NCBI GenBank assembly: GCA_001563915.1
Contig: LKMP01000013.1
Location: forward strand, 1 to 25,686
Length of the DNA: 25,686 nucleotides
Direction of reading: 5' to 3'
Source: Nanohaloarchaea archaeon B1-Br10_U2g21
GTDB taxonomy: Archaea; Nanohalarchaeota; Nanosalinia; Nanosalinales; Nanosalinaceae
In this document: positions 16,269 to 24,402 of the stretch, in pieces
Numbering within the stretch: the stretch's first letter is position 1
Layout of the letters: every line of letters begins with the position of its first letter
The notes under the pieces: model-generated
The model's database searches: none
Seen by the model: the letters and a program-made list of their open reading frames with translations, nothing else
What the model was told of the DNA's origin: nothing
Translations under genes and position numbers: made by a program

Positions 16269-16726
16269 ACGCCGTCAAACCCATGCTCTGATTCTATGGC
16301 CTTCGCTTTGAGTTCTTCCTGCATTTCTTCTGCTCTATGTCTTTTCAGACCAGGTATCCTCATATCTGCTCCTCTTGACCCTGCTGTATAGACTCTTAGT
16401 GATGCTAGACCCAGGAATCTTTCTACTGGGCCTCTGTTAGTGTCTATATGCTGTACTCTTACGTATGGCACTACCATCGACACTTTTCTGATAACTCCAT
16501 GATTGATTTCTAGGTGATCATCGTGTACTTGGAAAAACCAATTTCTGTATCTATACTGAGAATATGTCACTAATAGGAAAGGTAAGACTATGAAAGCTAA
16601 AGCTGTTAGTGCAGCAGACTGAAAAGCTATATGGGCAAAAATTGCTATAATTAGGCCTAGAAATCCTCCTATAATTGCTGAGGTTGCTATCCAGACTGCT
16701 CTAATCTTTTTATCAAGTCTTTCCAT
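16265..16726 (-). CDS. YdbS-like membrane protein with one bPH_2 domain
   Basis: Two TMs followed by VPYVRVQHIDTNRGPVERFLGLASLRVYTAG. ATGA overlap with the ydbT-like gene. Confidence 0.9.
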   Translation of the reverse strand: MERLDKKIRAVWIATSAIIGGFLGLIIAIFAHIAFQSAALTALAFIVLPFLLVTYSQYRYRNWFFQVHDDHLEINHGVIRKVSMVVPYVRVQHIDTNRGPVERFLGLASLRVYTAGSRGADMRIPGLKRHRAEEMQEELKAKAIESEHGFDGV

Positions 16727-16743
16727 ATCATAAATTAAGGTAA

Positions 16744-17307
16744 CTACTTTTTAATCTCTTTTATGGAGAACTTATGGCTTTCAATTTGAATTAGTTTGCT
16801 CTCCTTCATTTCAAGAATTTCAGCCTTTAGAGTATCGTCCTTAATCTCCAAAATCATCATTGTTGGATTTGAAGGCCTAGCGCTTCCTCCGCCAACTCCT
16901 GTACAGCTCCCGGGATTCAGTAACAATACTTCTCCGGAATTATGGACATCTTCTTTGTGAGTATGACCGTGAATTAGTACATTGACTTCAAGATCTTTCA
17001 ACGCGATTTTTTCTAATGTTGGTACATGTCCTCTTGGCGCAATACCCGTACCGTGATAAACTCCAAATCTTAGGCCTTTATAGTCAAATATCTGAGATTC
17101 TTCCAGTCCATCTGCTTCAAAAAAGTCACAGTTGCCCTTAACAGTAAAAACTTTATTTGAATATTCTCGAACTGCATTGTATACTTCTTCTGACGCGTAG
17201 TCTCCGGCATGAACTGTTATTTCTGAATCCTCAATTTTTTCCCAGAATTTTTCAGGTATTTTTTCTGCTCTCCCCGGAATATGAGAGTCAGATATTACGG
17301 TTATCAT
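16744..17307 (-). CDS. YfcE/MJ0936/Vps29-like metallophosphoesterase
   Basis: ISDSHIPGRA, HAGD, VKGNCD, YHG, HGHTH, NPGS. Probable ATG at 17307. Confidence 0.9.
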   Translation of the reverse strand: MITVISDSHIPGRAEKIPEKFWEKIEDSEITVHAGDYASEEVYNAVREYSNKVFTVKGNCDFFEADGLEESQIFDYKGLRFGVYHGTGIAPRGHVPTLEKIALKDLEVNVLIHGHTHKEDVHNSGEVLLLNPGSCTGVGGGSARPSNPTMMILEIKDDTLKAEILEMKESKLIQIESHKFSIKEIKK

Positions 17308-17401
17308 ACTGTTCAAGGCTGCTACTATATTTATAAGGCCTGAGTACTGAGATACTTATTAAGGGTTTTGACGGAGGGGGTCGAAATTTGAGTTGTATAG
17401 C

Positions 17402-17698
17402 ATGGATGTTAAAAATAAGACCCAGAAGTCTGCACTCTTAGTAATGTTGGCATTAACAGACCTATTTTCAAGGTTTGATATACAGCTACCGACAAAATGG
17501 CATTCACTAATTAATACATTAAGTGTATCTACAGGAGTACTTCACTCTAGGCTTAGCGTAATGGATGAAGAAGTAGATAAAGAATACCGGCGCATAGAGA
17601 AGAACTTTGAAAGACACTTAGGTCTAGAAAGTTTTTACCATCCTGAAGAAATACAGGAAATCAAAGATCAAGTAGAGAAAGCACATCTAAAGTCATAA
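17402..17698 (+). CDS. Hypothetical protein
   Basis: Fills the gap between the phosphoesterase and srp54. ATG at 17402, charged helical C-terminus, no recognised motif. Confidence 0.6.
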   Translation: MDVKNKTQKSALLVMLALTDLFSRFDIQLPTKWHSLINTLSVSTGVLHSRLSVMDEEVDKEYRRIEKNFERHLGLESFYHPEEIQEIKDQVEKAHLKS

Positions 17699-17704
17699 AG
17701 ATCT

Positions 17705-18991
17705 TTAGAACCCTAGTTTCTGCATCATTCCTTGGATATTACCTCTCTTCATCGAGTTTTTGTCAAGCTTATCCATCATATTTTTCGTCTGTCTATAGTG
17801 TTTAATTAGCTCTCTTACTTCGTCTTCGGACCTCCCTGACCCTCTTGAAACACGTTCAACTCGAGATTTGTTAATCAAAGAAGGATCATTTACTTCTTCA
17901 TCAGTCATAGACTCAATAATGTAAGTGTAGGCCCCAATTTTTTCTTCAGTTAACTGTGAAATATTATCTGGCATCTTTCCTCCAAAAGGCATTTGCTTCA
18001 TCATCTCTTCCATCATGCCTGCCTGTGTAACTGACTCCATCTGCTCCTTGAACTCTTTTAGCGTAAAATCTCCTTCAAGAAGTTCTTCAGGATTTGTTTC
18101 CAACTCCTCAACTTTTTCTAATAAAGATTCCAAACTTGGCTGACCAAGCATTTCAGAAACATATTTTACAGGATCATAAATCTCCAGGTCGCGGAGTCTT
18201 TCTCCTGTACCGATAAATTTTACTTGTGCATCCGCCTCAGAACAAGCTACAAGCACTCCTCCACCTTTTGCAGAAGAATCCATTTTAGTTACAACTACGC
18301 CTGTTATCCCTGCAGCCTCTTCAAAGTTCTGAGCCTGATTACGTGCGCTCTGGCCTATATCTGCAGGCATTACAAGATAAACTTCATCAGGATCCAAAAC
18401 AGCTTTTACTTCAGAAAGCTCCTGCTTAAGCTCATCATCCAGAGAGTTACGTCCAGCAGAGTCAACGATGACTAAATCAGCATCTAATTCTCTCAGACCT
18501 CTTTCCACAACTTTTGAAGGATCTTCTGCGTTAGGCTCTCCATAGAATTCAGCTTCAGACTGTCCAGCTAACTGTTCTAACTGTTCATACGCAGCAGGCC
18601 TATCTGTATCTGCAGCAATTAAACCAGTTTTCAGACCTCTCTTCCTATAGTAATCCACTAGTTTCCCTGCCGTAGTGGTTTTTCCTGCACCATAAAGTCC
18701 GCAAAGTAGTATTTTCTGCGGCTTAATCTCTATCTCCGGTTTCTCTCCAAGTAGCTCTTCTAACTGGTTGTATACTGTTTCCAGCACATGTTCTTTTTTG
18801 GATAAACCTTTAGGCGCTTCTTGCATGGCCTTTTCTCTTATTTCATTACTAAGTTCTGAGACTAATGTTACGTCTACATCTGCTTGTATGAGATCTCTCT
18901 GAATATCTTTTACAAGTTGCTCTACTGCCTCTTCATCTACTGCAGCTCTAGATGAGAACTTTTGTATTGAGTCTTTTACCCGGTCAAACAT
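17705..18991 (-). CDS. srp54: Signal recognition particle protein SRP54
   Basis: GLYGAGKTTT, DTDRPAA, DSAGR, TKMD, FIGTGE, and a Met-rich M domain with IIESMT...SRVERVSRGSG. Confidence 0.97.
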   Translation of the reverse strand: MFDRVKDSIQKFSSRAAVDEEAVEQLVKDIQRDLIQADVDVTLVSELSNEIREKAMQEAPKGLSKKEHVLETVYNQLEELLGEKPEIEIKPQKILLCGLYGAGKTTTAGKLVDYYRKRGLKTGLIAADTDRPAAYEQLEQLAGQSEAEFYGEPNAEDPSKVVERGLRELDADLVIVDSAGRNSLDDELKQELSEVKAVLDPDEVYLVMPADIGQSARNQAQNFEEAAGITGVVVTKMDSSAKGGGVLVACSEADAQVKFIGTGERLRDLEIYDPVKYVSEMLGQPSLESLLEKVEELETNPEELLEGDFTLKEFKEQMESVTQAGMMEEMMKQMPFGGKMPDNISQLTEEKIGAYTYIIESMTDEEVNDPSLINKSRVERVSRGSGRSEDEVRELIKHYRQTKNMMDKLDKNSMKRGNIQGMMQKLGF

Positions 18992-19041
18992 AGTTATACA
19001 ATAGCCAAGGAATTTTTAAGTCACCATAGGTTCTGCATCAA

Positions 19042-19374
19042 TTATCTTCCAGGCATATTCCATAGACCATAAATTACAATTCCAATCGCAAAACCTATCA
19101 TAGCTGTACCTATAGAGAAAATATTAGAAGGTAAGAATCCACCACCTTCCAACGAGTAATACGTAAAACCAATCATTAACAGGGCTAGAGCCATGAAATG
19201 CGGCGCCTTTATGTTAACTGCAAGTTCCCATAGCCCCTGCCATGACCTAGTCCATGTCGCTACGACTGCAATAAAAATAAGCACCATTGCGCCGTTCCAT
19301 AGGCCTGAGGCTTGATATATGTAGTACGCTGCTAGACCTGCAAGAATGCCTGTAATGATGTCTATAGTATTCAT
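19042..19374 (-). CDS. Hypothetical membrane protein (about 4 TM)
   Basis: Almost entirely hydrophobic 110-aa ORF with ATG start. Confidence 0.75.
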   Translation of the reverse strand: MNTIDIITGILAGLAAYYIYQASGLWNGAMVLIFIAVVATWTRSWQGLWELAVNIKAPHFMALALLMIGFTYYSLEGGGFLPSNIFSIGTAMIGFAIGIVIYGLWNMPGR

Positions 19375-19427
19375 GTCAGTGTTAAGATTGTTCAGAGATA
19401 AAAGTATTAGACTTTGAATGCTGTACT

Positions 19428-20153
19428 ATGTCTGAATTTCCCGATATTGAGTTAGTCTTTGTGTCCGGGCCTGTAGATAGTGATTGCTGGACACATCAGT
19501 ATAGATACTTTTCTCGGAACTCTACTGTGGAGGTAGTTGGAGGACAAAATTTCTCGGAAACAGTAACTAAGCTTGAGACGCTGCTTGATTCTTCAAAGTT
19601 TCAGCATACTGTTTTAGTGGGCGGCGGTCTCGGTAATTACGCAGTACAAGATCTTGAGAATCGGAAAGAAGTGATGTCAACAGTACTTACTGGACCCTTA
19701 GAGTCTTTTCCTTATATGCCTGAAAAGTTTTACAACGCAGTTTCAGGAGTTTGGAAGAAGCCTAAAATCATGAAGAAAGTTTTCTTCAGCTCTAATACGA
19801 ATTATCAGGTTGTAAGAGAGTTTACAGGTCTTAATACTCCAACTTATTCCGATATTGAGAGTTTTAAACTAGGAAGTCTTGAAGTTCCTCTGAAAAACTC
19901 TCTTGTTATGTATAACCGCAAATGCAGGTTTTCAAGAGCAGGAACAATTGAAAGGTTAAAACCTAACTGTGAGGTTGCCTTGATAGATGCAGGCACTTTT
20001 TCATTTTTTGAGAGACCTCAAGAATTTAACAAGGCTTTGGCTGATTATCTCCGTAACAAGAAAGATGTGCTTGAGCGCAGAGAAACTTTGAAAGCAGTAT
20101 CTAAAAACAGATCATTAAAAGAGTTTGAGAACAGTTTATTGGTTGAGCAATGA
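19428..20153 (+). CDS. Alpha/beta-hydrolase-fold protein with a degenerate catalytic triad
   Basis: LVFVSG...WTHQYRYFS, VLVGGGLG (cf. GHSxG), DAGTFSFFERPQEFNKALADYL (cf. AGHxxxxExPxxFN). Confidence 0.75.
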   Translation: MSEFPDIELVFVSGPVDSDCWTHQYRYFSRNSTVEVVGGQNFSETVTKLETLLDSSKFQHTVLVGGGLGNYAVQDLENRKEVMSTVLTGPLESFPYMPEKFYNAVSGVWKKPKIMKKVFFSSNTNYQVVREFTGLNTPTYSDIESFKLGSLEVPLKNSLVMYNRKCRFSRAGTIERLKPNCEVALIDAGTFSFFERPQEFNKALADYLRNKKDVLERRETLKAVSKNRSLKEFENSLLVEQ

Positions 20154-20641
20154 TAGCCGGAATCAAGTTGACAGCGGAGAACTGCTATTTAGCAGTGCTT
20201 GGAGATGATCTAGAGACCTATGAATTTGAGAAGAATATTGATCTTGTAGAGTCTTTGCCAGACGTAGATGTAGTCGCAATTGACACTGCGTGGAAACTTT
20301 CGCATAATGTAGCTCAGGACGAGGAAGAATTGATAGATAAAGGATTTTCTTTTGTACCTGCAGAGATGGAGCCAGAACTAGTTAAACGAGCTGAACATCT
20401 TGTAAATCTCTTGAAACATAGAGGCTTTGACTGTGATTTCATCCGATTTGATCCCATAATTTCTTCGGAGGAATTGTCAGTTCATAGTGAGGCAGCATTG
20501 AGGAGCCTGGGTCTTGATGTATCTGACATATCTAGTTCCGGTGAGTTTGATGCAGTTCTTGGAGCAGTTACAGCACGATTCTATCAAGAAGATCAGTTTG
20601 AGGATATGGGTGTGGTCGTACCCAAATCGTTGAAGGGGTAA
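20150..20641 (+). CDS. DUF429-like (RNase H-fold) protein, degenerate
   Basis: MIAGIKL (cf. GIDL), VVAID, IRFDP (cf. IEVxP), EFDAVLGAVTARFY (cf. DxxDAxxAAxTA). ATGA overlap with the upstream gene. Confidence 0.55.
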   Translation: MIAGIKLTAENCYLAVLGDDLETYEFEKNIDLVESLPDVDVVAIDTAWKLSHNVAQDEEELIDKGFSFVPAEMEPELVKRAEHLVNLLKHRGFDCDFIRFDPIISSEELSVHSEAALRSLGLDVSDISSSGEFDAVLGAVTARFYQEDQFEDMGVVVPKSLKG

Positions 20642-20688
20642 CACTTAAAAGGTTTTTATGAGTTATCAGTAGGTACAGGAATGTTCTC

Positions 20689-21027
20689 ATGGGAATGGAA
20701 AAGTTTTACAGGACGGTAAGGCAGACTTTTGGAGTAGAAAAAGAAGAGCTAAAAGGAGAGATAAAAGAAGAAGTAACAGACGAACTTAGATACGAACTAG
20801 GTCAAGAAATATCTTATATAGAAGCTCAGCTAAAAGAATATGAGCAACTTGTTGCCGAGGTAAACCACCTATTATCCACAATGAGAAAGGAACGAATCAA
20901 AGAAAGAAGTCAGGGACAAGACGTGCAGATGAGTCTAGAAGACGATGTCCAACCCCTGAAATCCAAGCTGAAAAAGCTTGAGAAATCAATGCAGAAAAGA
21001 CTGGACGAACAGAAAGCATATACTTAA
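20689..21027 (+). CDS. Hypothetical coiled-coil protein
   Basis: E/K/Q/L-rich heptad pattern. TATA-like AAAAGGTTTTTATG upstream. Confidence 0.7.
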   Translation: MGMEKFYRTVRQTFGVEKEELKGEIKEEVTDELRYELGQEISYIEAQLKEYEQLVAEVNHLLSTMRKERIKERSQGQDVQMSLEDDVQPLKSKLKKLEKSMQKRLDEQKAYT

Positions 21028-21083
21028 AAACTGTAGCCCCAACAAACATTGCAAAAAAACACACTAGAGAACTTATCAGACAC

Positions 21084-21968
21084 TTATTCTAATAGTTCAT
21101 CTAGGAATTTTTCCTTGTCAAACTCTTCTAAATCATCATAGGCCTGTCCATTTCCAAGAAATGCAACAGGCTTACCCGACTCTCTTGCAGCCGATATAAC
21201 AGTACCGCCCTTATCATCTATATCCATCTTAGTAACTATAAGAGCATCGAACATGCCGTCATAGGCCTTTAACTGCTCCACTACATCATTTCCTGCGAGC
21301 CCATCAACTACTAGAAATGTTATATCTGGTTCATTAACTTCAACCATCTTCTGAAGCTCATCCATCAGGTTTCGGTCAGCATGTGACCTGCCTGCGGTAT
21401 CAATTAATGCAACTTTATCCTCCTTCTCAGCATGCTCTACTGTATCATATGCAACAGCCGCAGGATCAGCCTCATAACCATGTTTTACAACTTTTTTACT
21501 CAAAGCATTACCATGTTCCTCAAGCTGTTCCATGCTTGCTGCTCTAAACGTGTCTCCCGCTCCCATAACGGAATCTAGCCCTTGATTTTCCAAATATGAG
21601 CTTAATTTTGCTAGCGTAGTTGTTTTACCAGAACCATTAAACCCTATGAAAAAAATCACAGGATTTCTAATATCTCCAATTGCCTCTAAAAATTTGTATT
21701 CTTTCAGAGAATTTTCAAGTTCCTCTCTAATAGCGTTATTTATCTCATCTTCTATACTTAGCCTTCCAGCAGTTTCGCCTATTAATCTTCCTGTAATTGA
21801 GGCCTCTATATCTTCTGCTGCCTTAAGAGAAACATTGCTCTCTAGCAACTGTAACCTGAACTTTTCAAGCGAAGATTTGATGTCAGACTCTTCTATCTCC
21901 TTTTCAGTTACAGAGCTTTTTACATCGTCAGATAGATTTTTTACCGTTTTTTTGAACTTATCAAACAT
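21084..21968 (-). CDS. ftsY: SRP receptor FtsY
   Basis: GFNGSGKTTT, DTFRAA, DPAAVAYD, DTAGR, TKMD, GNGQAYDDL. Confidence 0.96.
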   Translation of the reverse strand: MFDKFKKTVKNLSDDVKSSVTEKEIEESDIKSSLEKFRLQLLESNVSLKAAEDIEASITGRLIGETAGRLSIEDEINNAIREELENSLKEYKFLEAIGDIRNPVIFFIGFNGSGKTTTLAKLSSYLENQGLDSVMGAGDTFRAASMEQLEEHGNALSKKVVKHGYEADPAAVAYDTVEHAEKEDKVALIDTAGRSHADRNLMDELQKMVEVNEPDITFLVVDGLAGNDVVEQLKAYDGMFDALIVTKMDIDDKGGTVISAARESGKPVAFLGNGQAYDDLEEFDKEKFLDELLE

Positions 21969-21969
21969 T

Positions 21970-22368
21970 TTATTCGCCTTGCTGTGCTTGTTGCATTTGT
22001 GCCTGAATCTGTTGCATCTGTTGCTGCATTTCAGTCATCTGGCCTTCAAGTTCTTTCTGCGTATCCTTAACTAAACCTATCTGCTTTTCCAGTATCTCTT
22101 CTGCTGCTTCTGTATCACGATGCTCAAATACTTCTCCTCCTATATTCGTGACTACTTCGCTGTTTTCTTTTAGTTCTGCTTTAACATACGCGCCTGTACC
22201 TATAGGCGCAAGTATTTCTGCTCCTTTCTCCATCTCTTCTAAATCCGATAGAGCCTGCTTAGAATTTTTTATTTCAGCCTGTGTCTGTTCAAGTTGCATC
22301 AAATATTCTTGAATCTCTTGCATCTGCTGCTGCAGCATTTGCAGTTGTTGAAGTTGTTCCTGACTCAT
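21970..22368 (-). CDS. pfdA: Prefoldin subunit alpha
   Basis: Coiled coils flanking EILAPIGTGAYVKA...VVTNIGG. rpl18a-pfdA-ftsY context. Confidence 0.93.
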   Translation of the reverse strand: MSQEQLQQLQMLQQQMQEIQEYLMQLEQTQAEIKNSKQALSDLEEMEKGAEILAPIGTGAYVKAELKENSEVVTNIGGEVFEHRDTEAAEEILEKQIGLVKDTQKELEGQMTEMQQQMQQIQAQMQQAQQGE

Positions 22369-22369
22369 T

Positions 22370-22540
22370 TTACTCGAGCTCTTCTAGTTCAATCTGTCCT
22401 CGAGAAATTCCGTGCTCGCTTCCTATCTCTGCAAGAAGTTTTTCTTCTGCGTGTTTTTCCGACTCTGCTTCCACTTCTCTCTTTATTTCTTGTTTTTGTC
22501 GTCCAGGCCTGATTTTTACTAAGAACTCATATTTTGTCAT
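22370..22540 (-). CDS. rpl18a: 50S ribosomal protein L18Ae/LX (eL20), 56 aa
   Basis: Hand translation MTKYEFLVKIRPGRQKQEIKREVEAESEKHAEEKLLAEIGSEHGISRGQIELEELE. A.SE.HA.E...IGS.H..R..I pattern and position directly before pfdA. Below the ORF-track cutoff. Confidence 0.88.
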   Translation of the reverse strand: MTKYEFLVKIRPGRQKQEIKREVEAESEKHAEEKLLAEIGSEHGISRGQIELEELE

Positions 22541-22575
22541 ATAAATGAAAATTGCGAGAAAATTTTAAAACGGTT

Positions 22576-24402
22576 TCAGGAGTATCTTTCGAATATTTCT
22601 GAAGGATCTTCATTGTCTTTAGCCATTTTTATGACTTGTTCTGGATCTGAGTAGTACTCTGATATTATCATTCCAACTCCGTCAAGATCATTTACCTCTC
22701 TATCAATCATCCACTGCAGTACTTTCTCTTTATCTGCTATGTTATCATATATATCGTCTCTGCTCATTCCAGTATGCATTTTGAGACTGCTCAATATACT
22801 ATCTGATTCTCTTTTTCGCGTGATTTCATCTTCTTCAGATTCCCAAGAATAAATTACATTTGCTCCCAAGCTCATCTGTTGTCCGCCTCTTTTGTAACCT
22901 GATTTCGCCACTTCTGCTACTTGAAATACTCTTCTAAAATTTCTCCTTCGGTCTCTAAACATGACTACGTTTACATCAACGGACTCAACCATTTGTTCCG
23001 CGACATCTATAGGCGGATTTAGCAGTCTTTGAACAGTCTGTTCAGCAGTATCAGCGTGTAGGGTTGAATATACAGAGTGTCCTGTATGCATTGCTTCAAA
23101 GAGGATCTCTGCTTGACGTTTCTTACGGACTTCTCCAACTAATATGCGGTCGGGCCTCATACGTAGAGAGTTAACCAGCAAGTCAAGCATTGAAATTTCG
23201 CCTTCTCCTTCAGGATTTGCTTCTCTAGTTGTCAATGGAACCCAGTGAAGAAATTCAGGTAACTGTAATTCTCTAGTATCCTCTATTGACAGAATTCTCT
23301 GGTTAGGAGGAAGGAAAGGTGTTAGAACGTTTAATAGGGAAGTTTTACCTGAACCTGTACCTCCAGATACTATCATGCTCATCTCATACTGTAAGCAAAG
23401 CCAGAGAAACGCTGCTACTTCTTTTGAAATTGTTCCATTCTGAATGAAATCTGTGATTGTCCACGGATCTCGTGCAAACTTTCTGATAGTGATAGTGTTT
23501 CCATGAGTTGAAATAGGAGAAAGAGTTGCATTTGTACGGTCTCCTGAAGGCAGATGTGCGTCTAAAAGAGGATCAAGGCTTGTAATATTTTTACCTACTC
23601 TTCTAGCGATTTCAGAAGAATAATTGTAGATTTCGTTTTCATCCTCAAATCCTACGTTAGACTTTAACCAGCCAAATTCTTTGTGATACACCCAGGTTGG
23701 CTCATCAGCACTATTTACAACCATCTCCTCGAGGTTAGGATCATCTAAAAGGATTTCTAAATCTCCTAACCCTACCATTTGATGGATTAAATTACCAATT
23801 AAAATTTCTCTAACTTGACTATCGGCTTTAGGAATCATTGTTTCAAGCTGGTTCTTTACAGCTTCCTTAAACTTTTCTTTAACGTGGCTAAGTTCATCGG
23901 ATTCAGTAAATTCTTCTCGCGAAAGTTTTACAGACCGTACAGCCTGTGTCCTCAAATTCTGGACAAATGCCCCTGTACCGCCTTTCACTTCAGGTCTATC
24001 TAGCTTGTAAATTTTAACATATTCTCCTTGTCTGTCTCCAACAGTAATTTTCGCCGGCACTCCATCCGACTCTACTTTATAACTAGTATCTATTGAAGTA
24101 AAAAATTCGTGTTCATCCTCATCGTATTCGTGAGTTATTTCTTCATCAGATGACTCTTGATTTTTGTAATCTTTATTAGAACTCTTCTGCTTCTCAACGC
24201 TCCCATTATCTAATTCAGTTACTTCGATGTCAGATTTCTCTTTGGAACTGTCTTTTTTTGAAGATCTCTCAGACTGATCCTCTTGACTTTTAGAAGTTTT
24301 ATACTCGTTTATTAGTTCTTCCTGTAGTTCTTCCTGTAGTTCTTCCTGCTCTTTTAGGAACTCTTTTTTCCTCTTCTTTACTATTGAATCATCATCTGCC
24401 AT
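22576..24402 (-). CDS. Type II/IV secretion / pilus assembly ATPase (TadA/CpaF/FlaI-like)
   Basis: Walker A SGGTGSGKTS, Asp box SIEDTREL, LRMRPDRILVGEVR, His box MHTGHSVYSTLHA. Probable ATG at 24402. Confidence 0.93.
   Translation of the reverse strand: MADDDSIVKKRKKEFLKEQEELQEELQEELINEYKTSKSQEDQSERSSKKDSSKEKSDIEVTELDNGSVEKQKSSNKDYKNQESSDEEITHEYDEDEHEFFTSIDTSYKVESDGVPAKITVGDRQGEYVKIYKLDRPEVKGGTGAFVQNLRTQAVRSVKLSREEFTESDELSHVKEKFKEAVKNQLETMIPKADSQVREILIGNLIHQMVGLGDLEILLDDPNLEEMVVNSADEPTWVYHKEFGWLKSNVGFEDENEIYNYSSEIARRVGKNITSLDPLLDAHLPSGDRTNATLSPISTHGNTITIRKFARDPWTITDFIQNGTISKEVAAFLWLCLQYEMSMIVSGGTGSGKTSLLNVLTPFLPPNQRILSIEDTRELQLPEFLHWVPLTTREANPEGEGEISMLDLLVNSLRMRPDRILVGEVRKKRQAEILFEAMHTGHSVYSTLHADTAEQTVQRLLNPPIDVAEQMVESVDVNVVMFRDRRRNFRRVFQVAEVAKSGYKRGGQQMSLGANVIYSWESEEDEITRKRESDSILSSLKMHTGMSRDDIYDNIADKEKVLQWMIDREVNDLDGVGMIISEYYSDPEQVIKMAKDNEDPSEIFERYS
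24314..24348. repeat. 12-bp tandem repeat (TAGTTCTTCCTG x~3) encoding QEEL repeats
   Basis: Sequence tagttcttcctg tagttcttcctg tagttcttcctg within the ATPase N-terminal extension. Confidence 0.7.

Noticed and set aside
21975-22365. Gln-rich CAG/CAA runs at both ends of pfdA as a repeat element
   Set aside because: They encode normal prefoldin coiled-coil arms.
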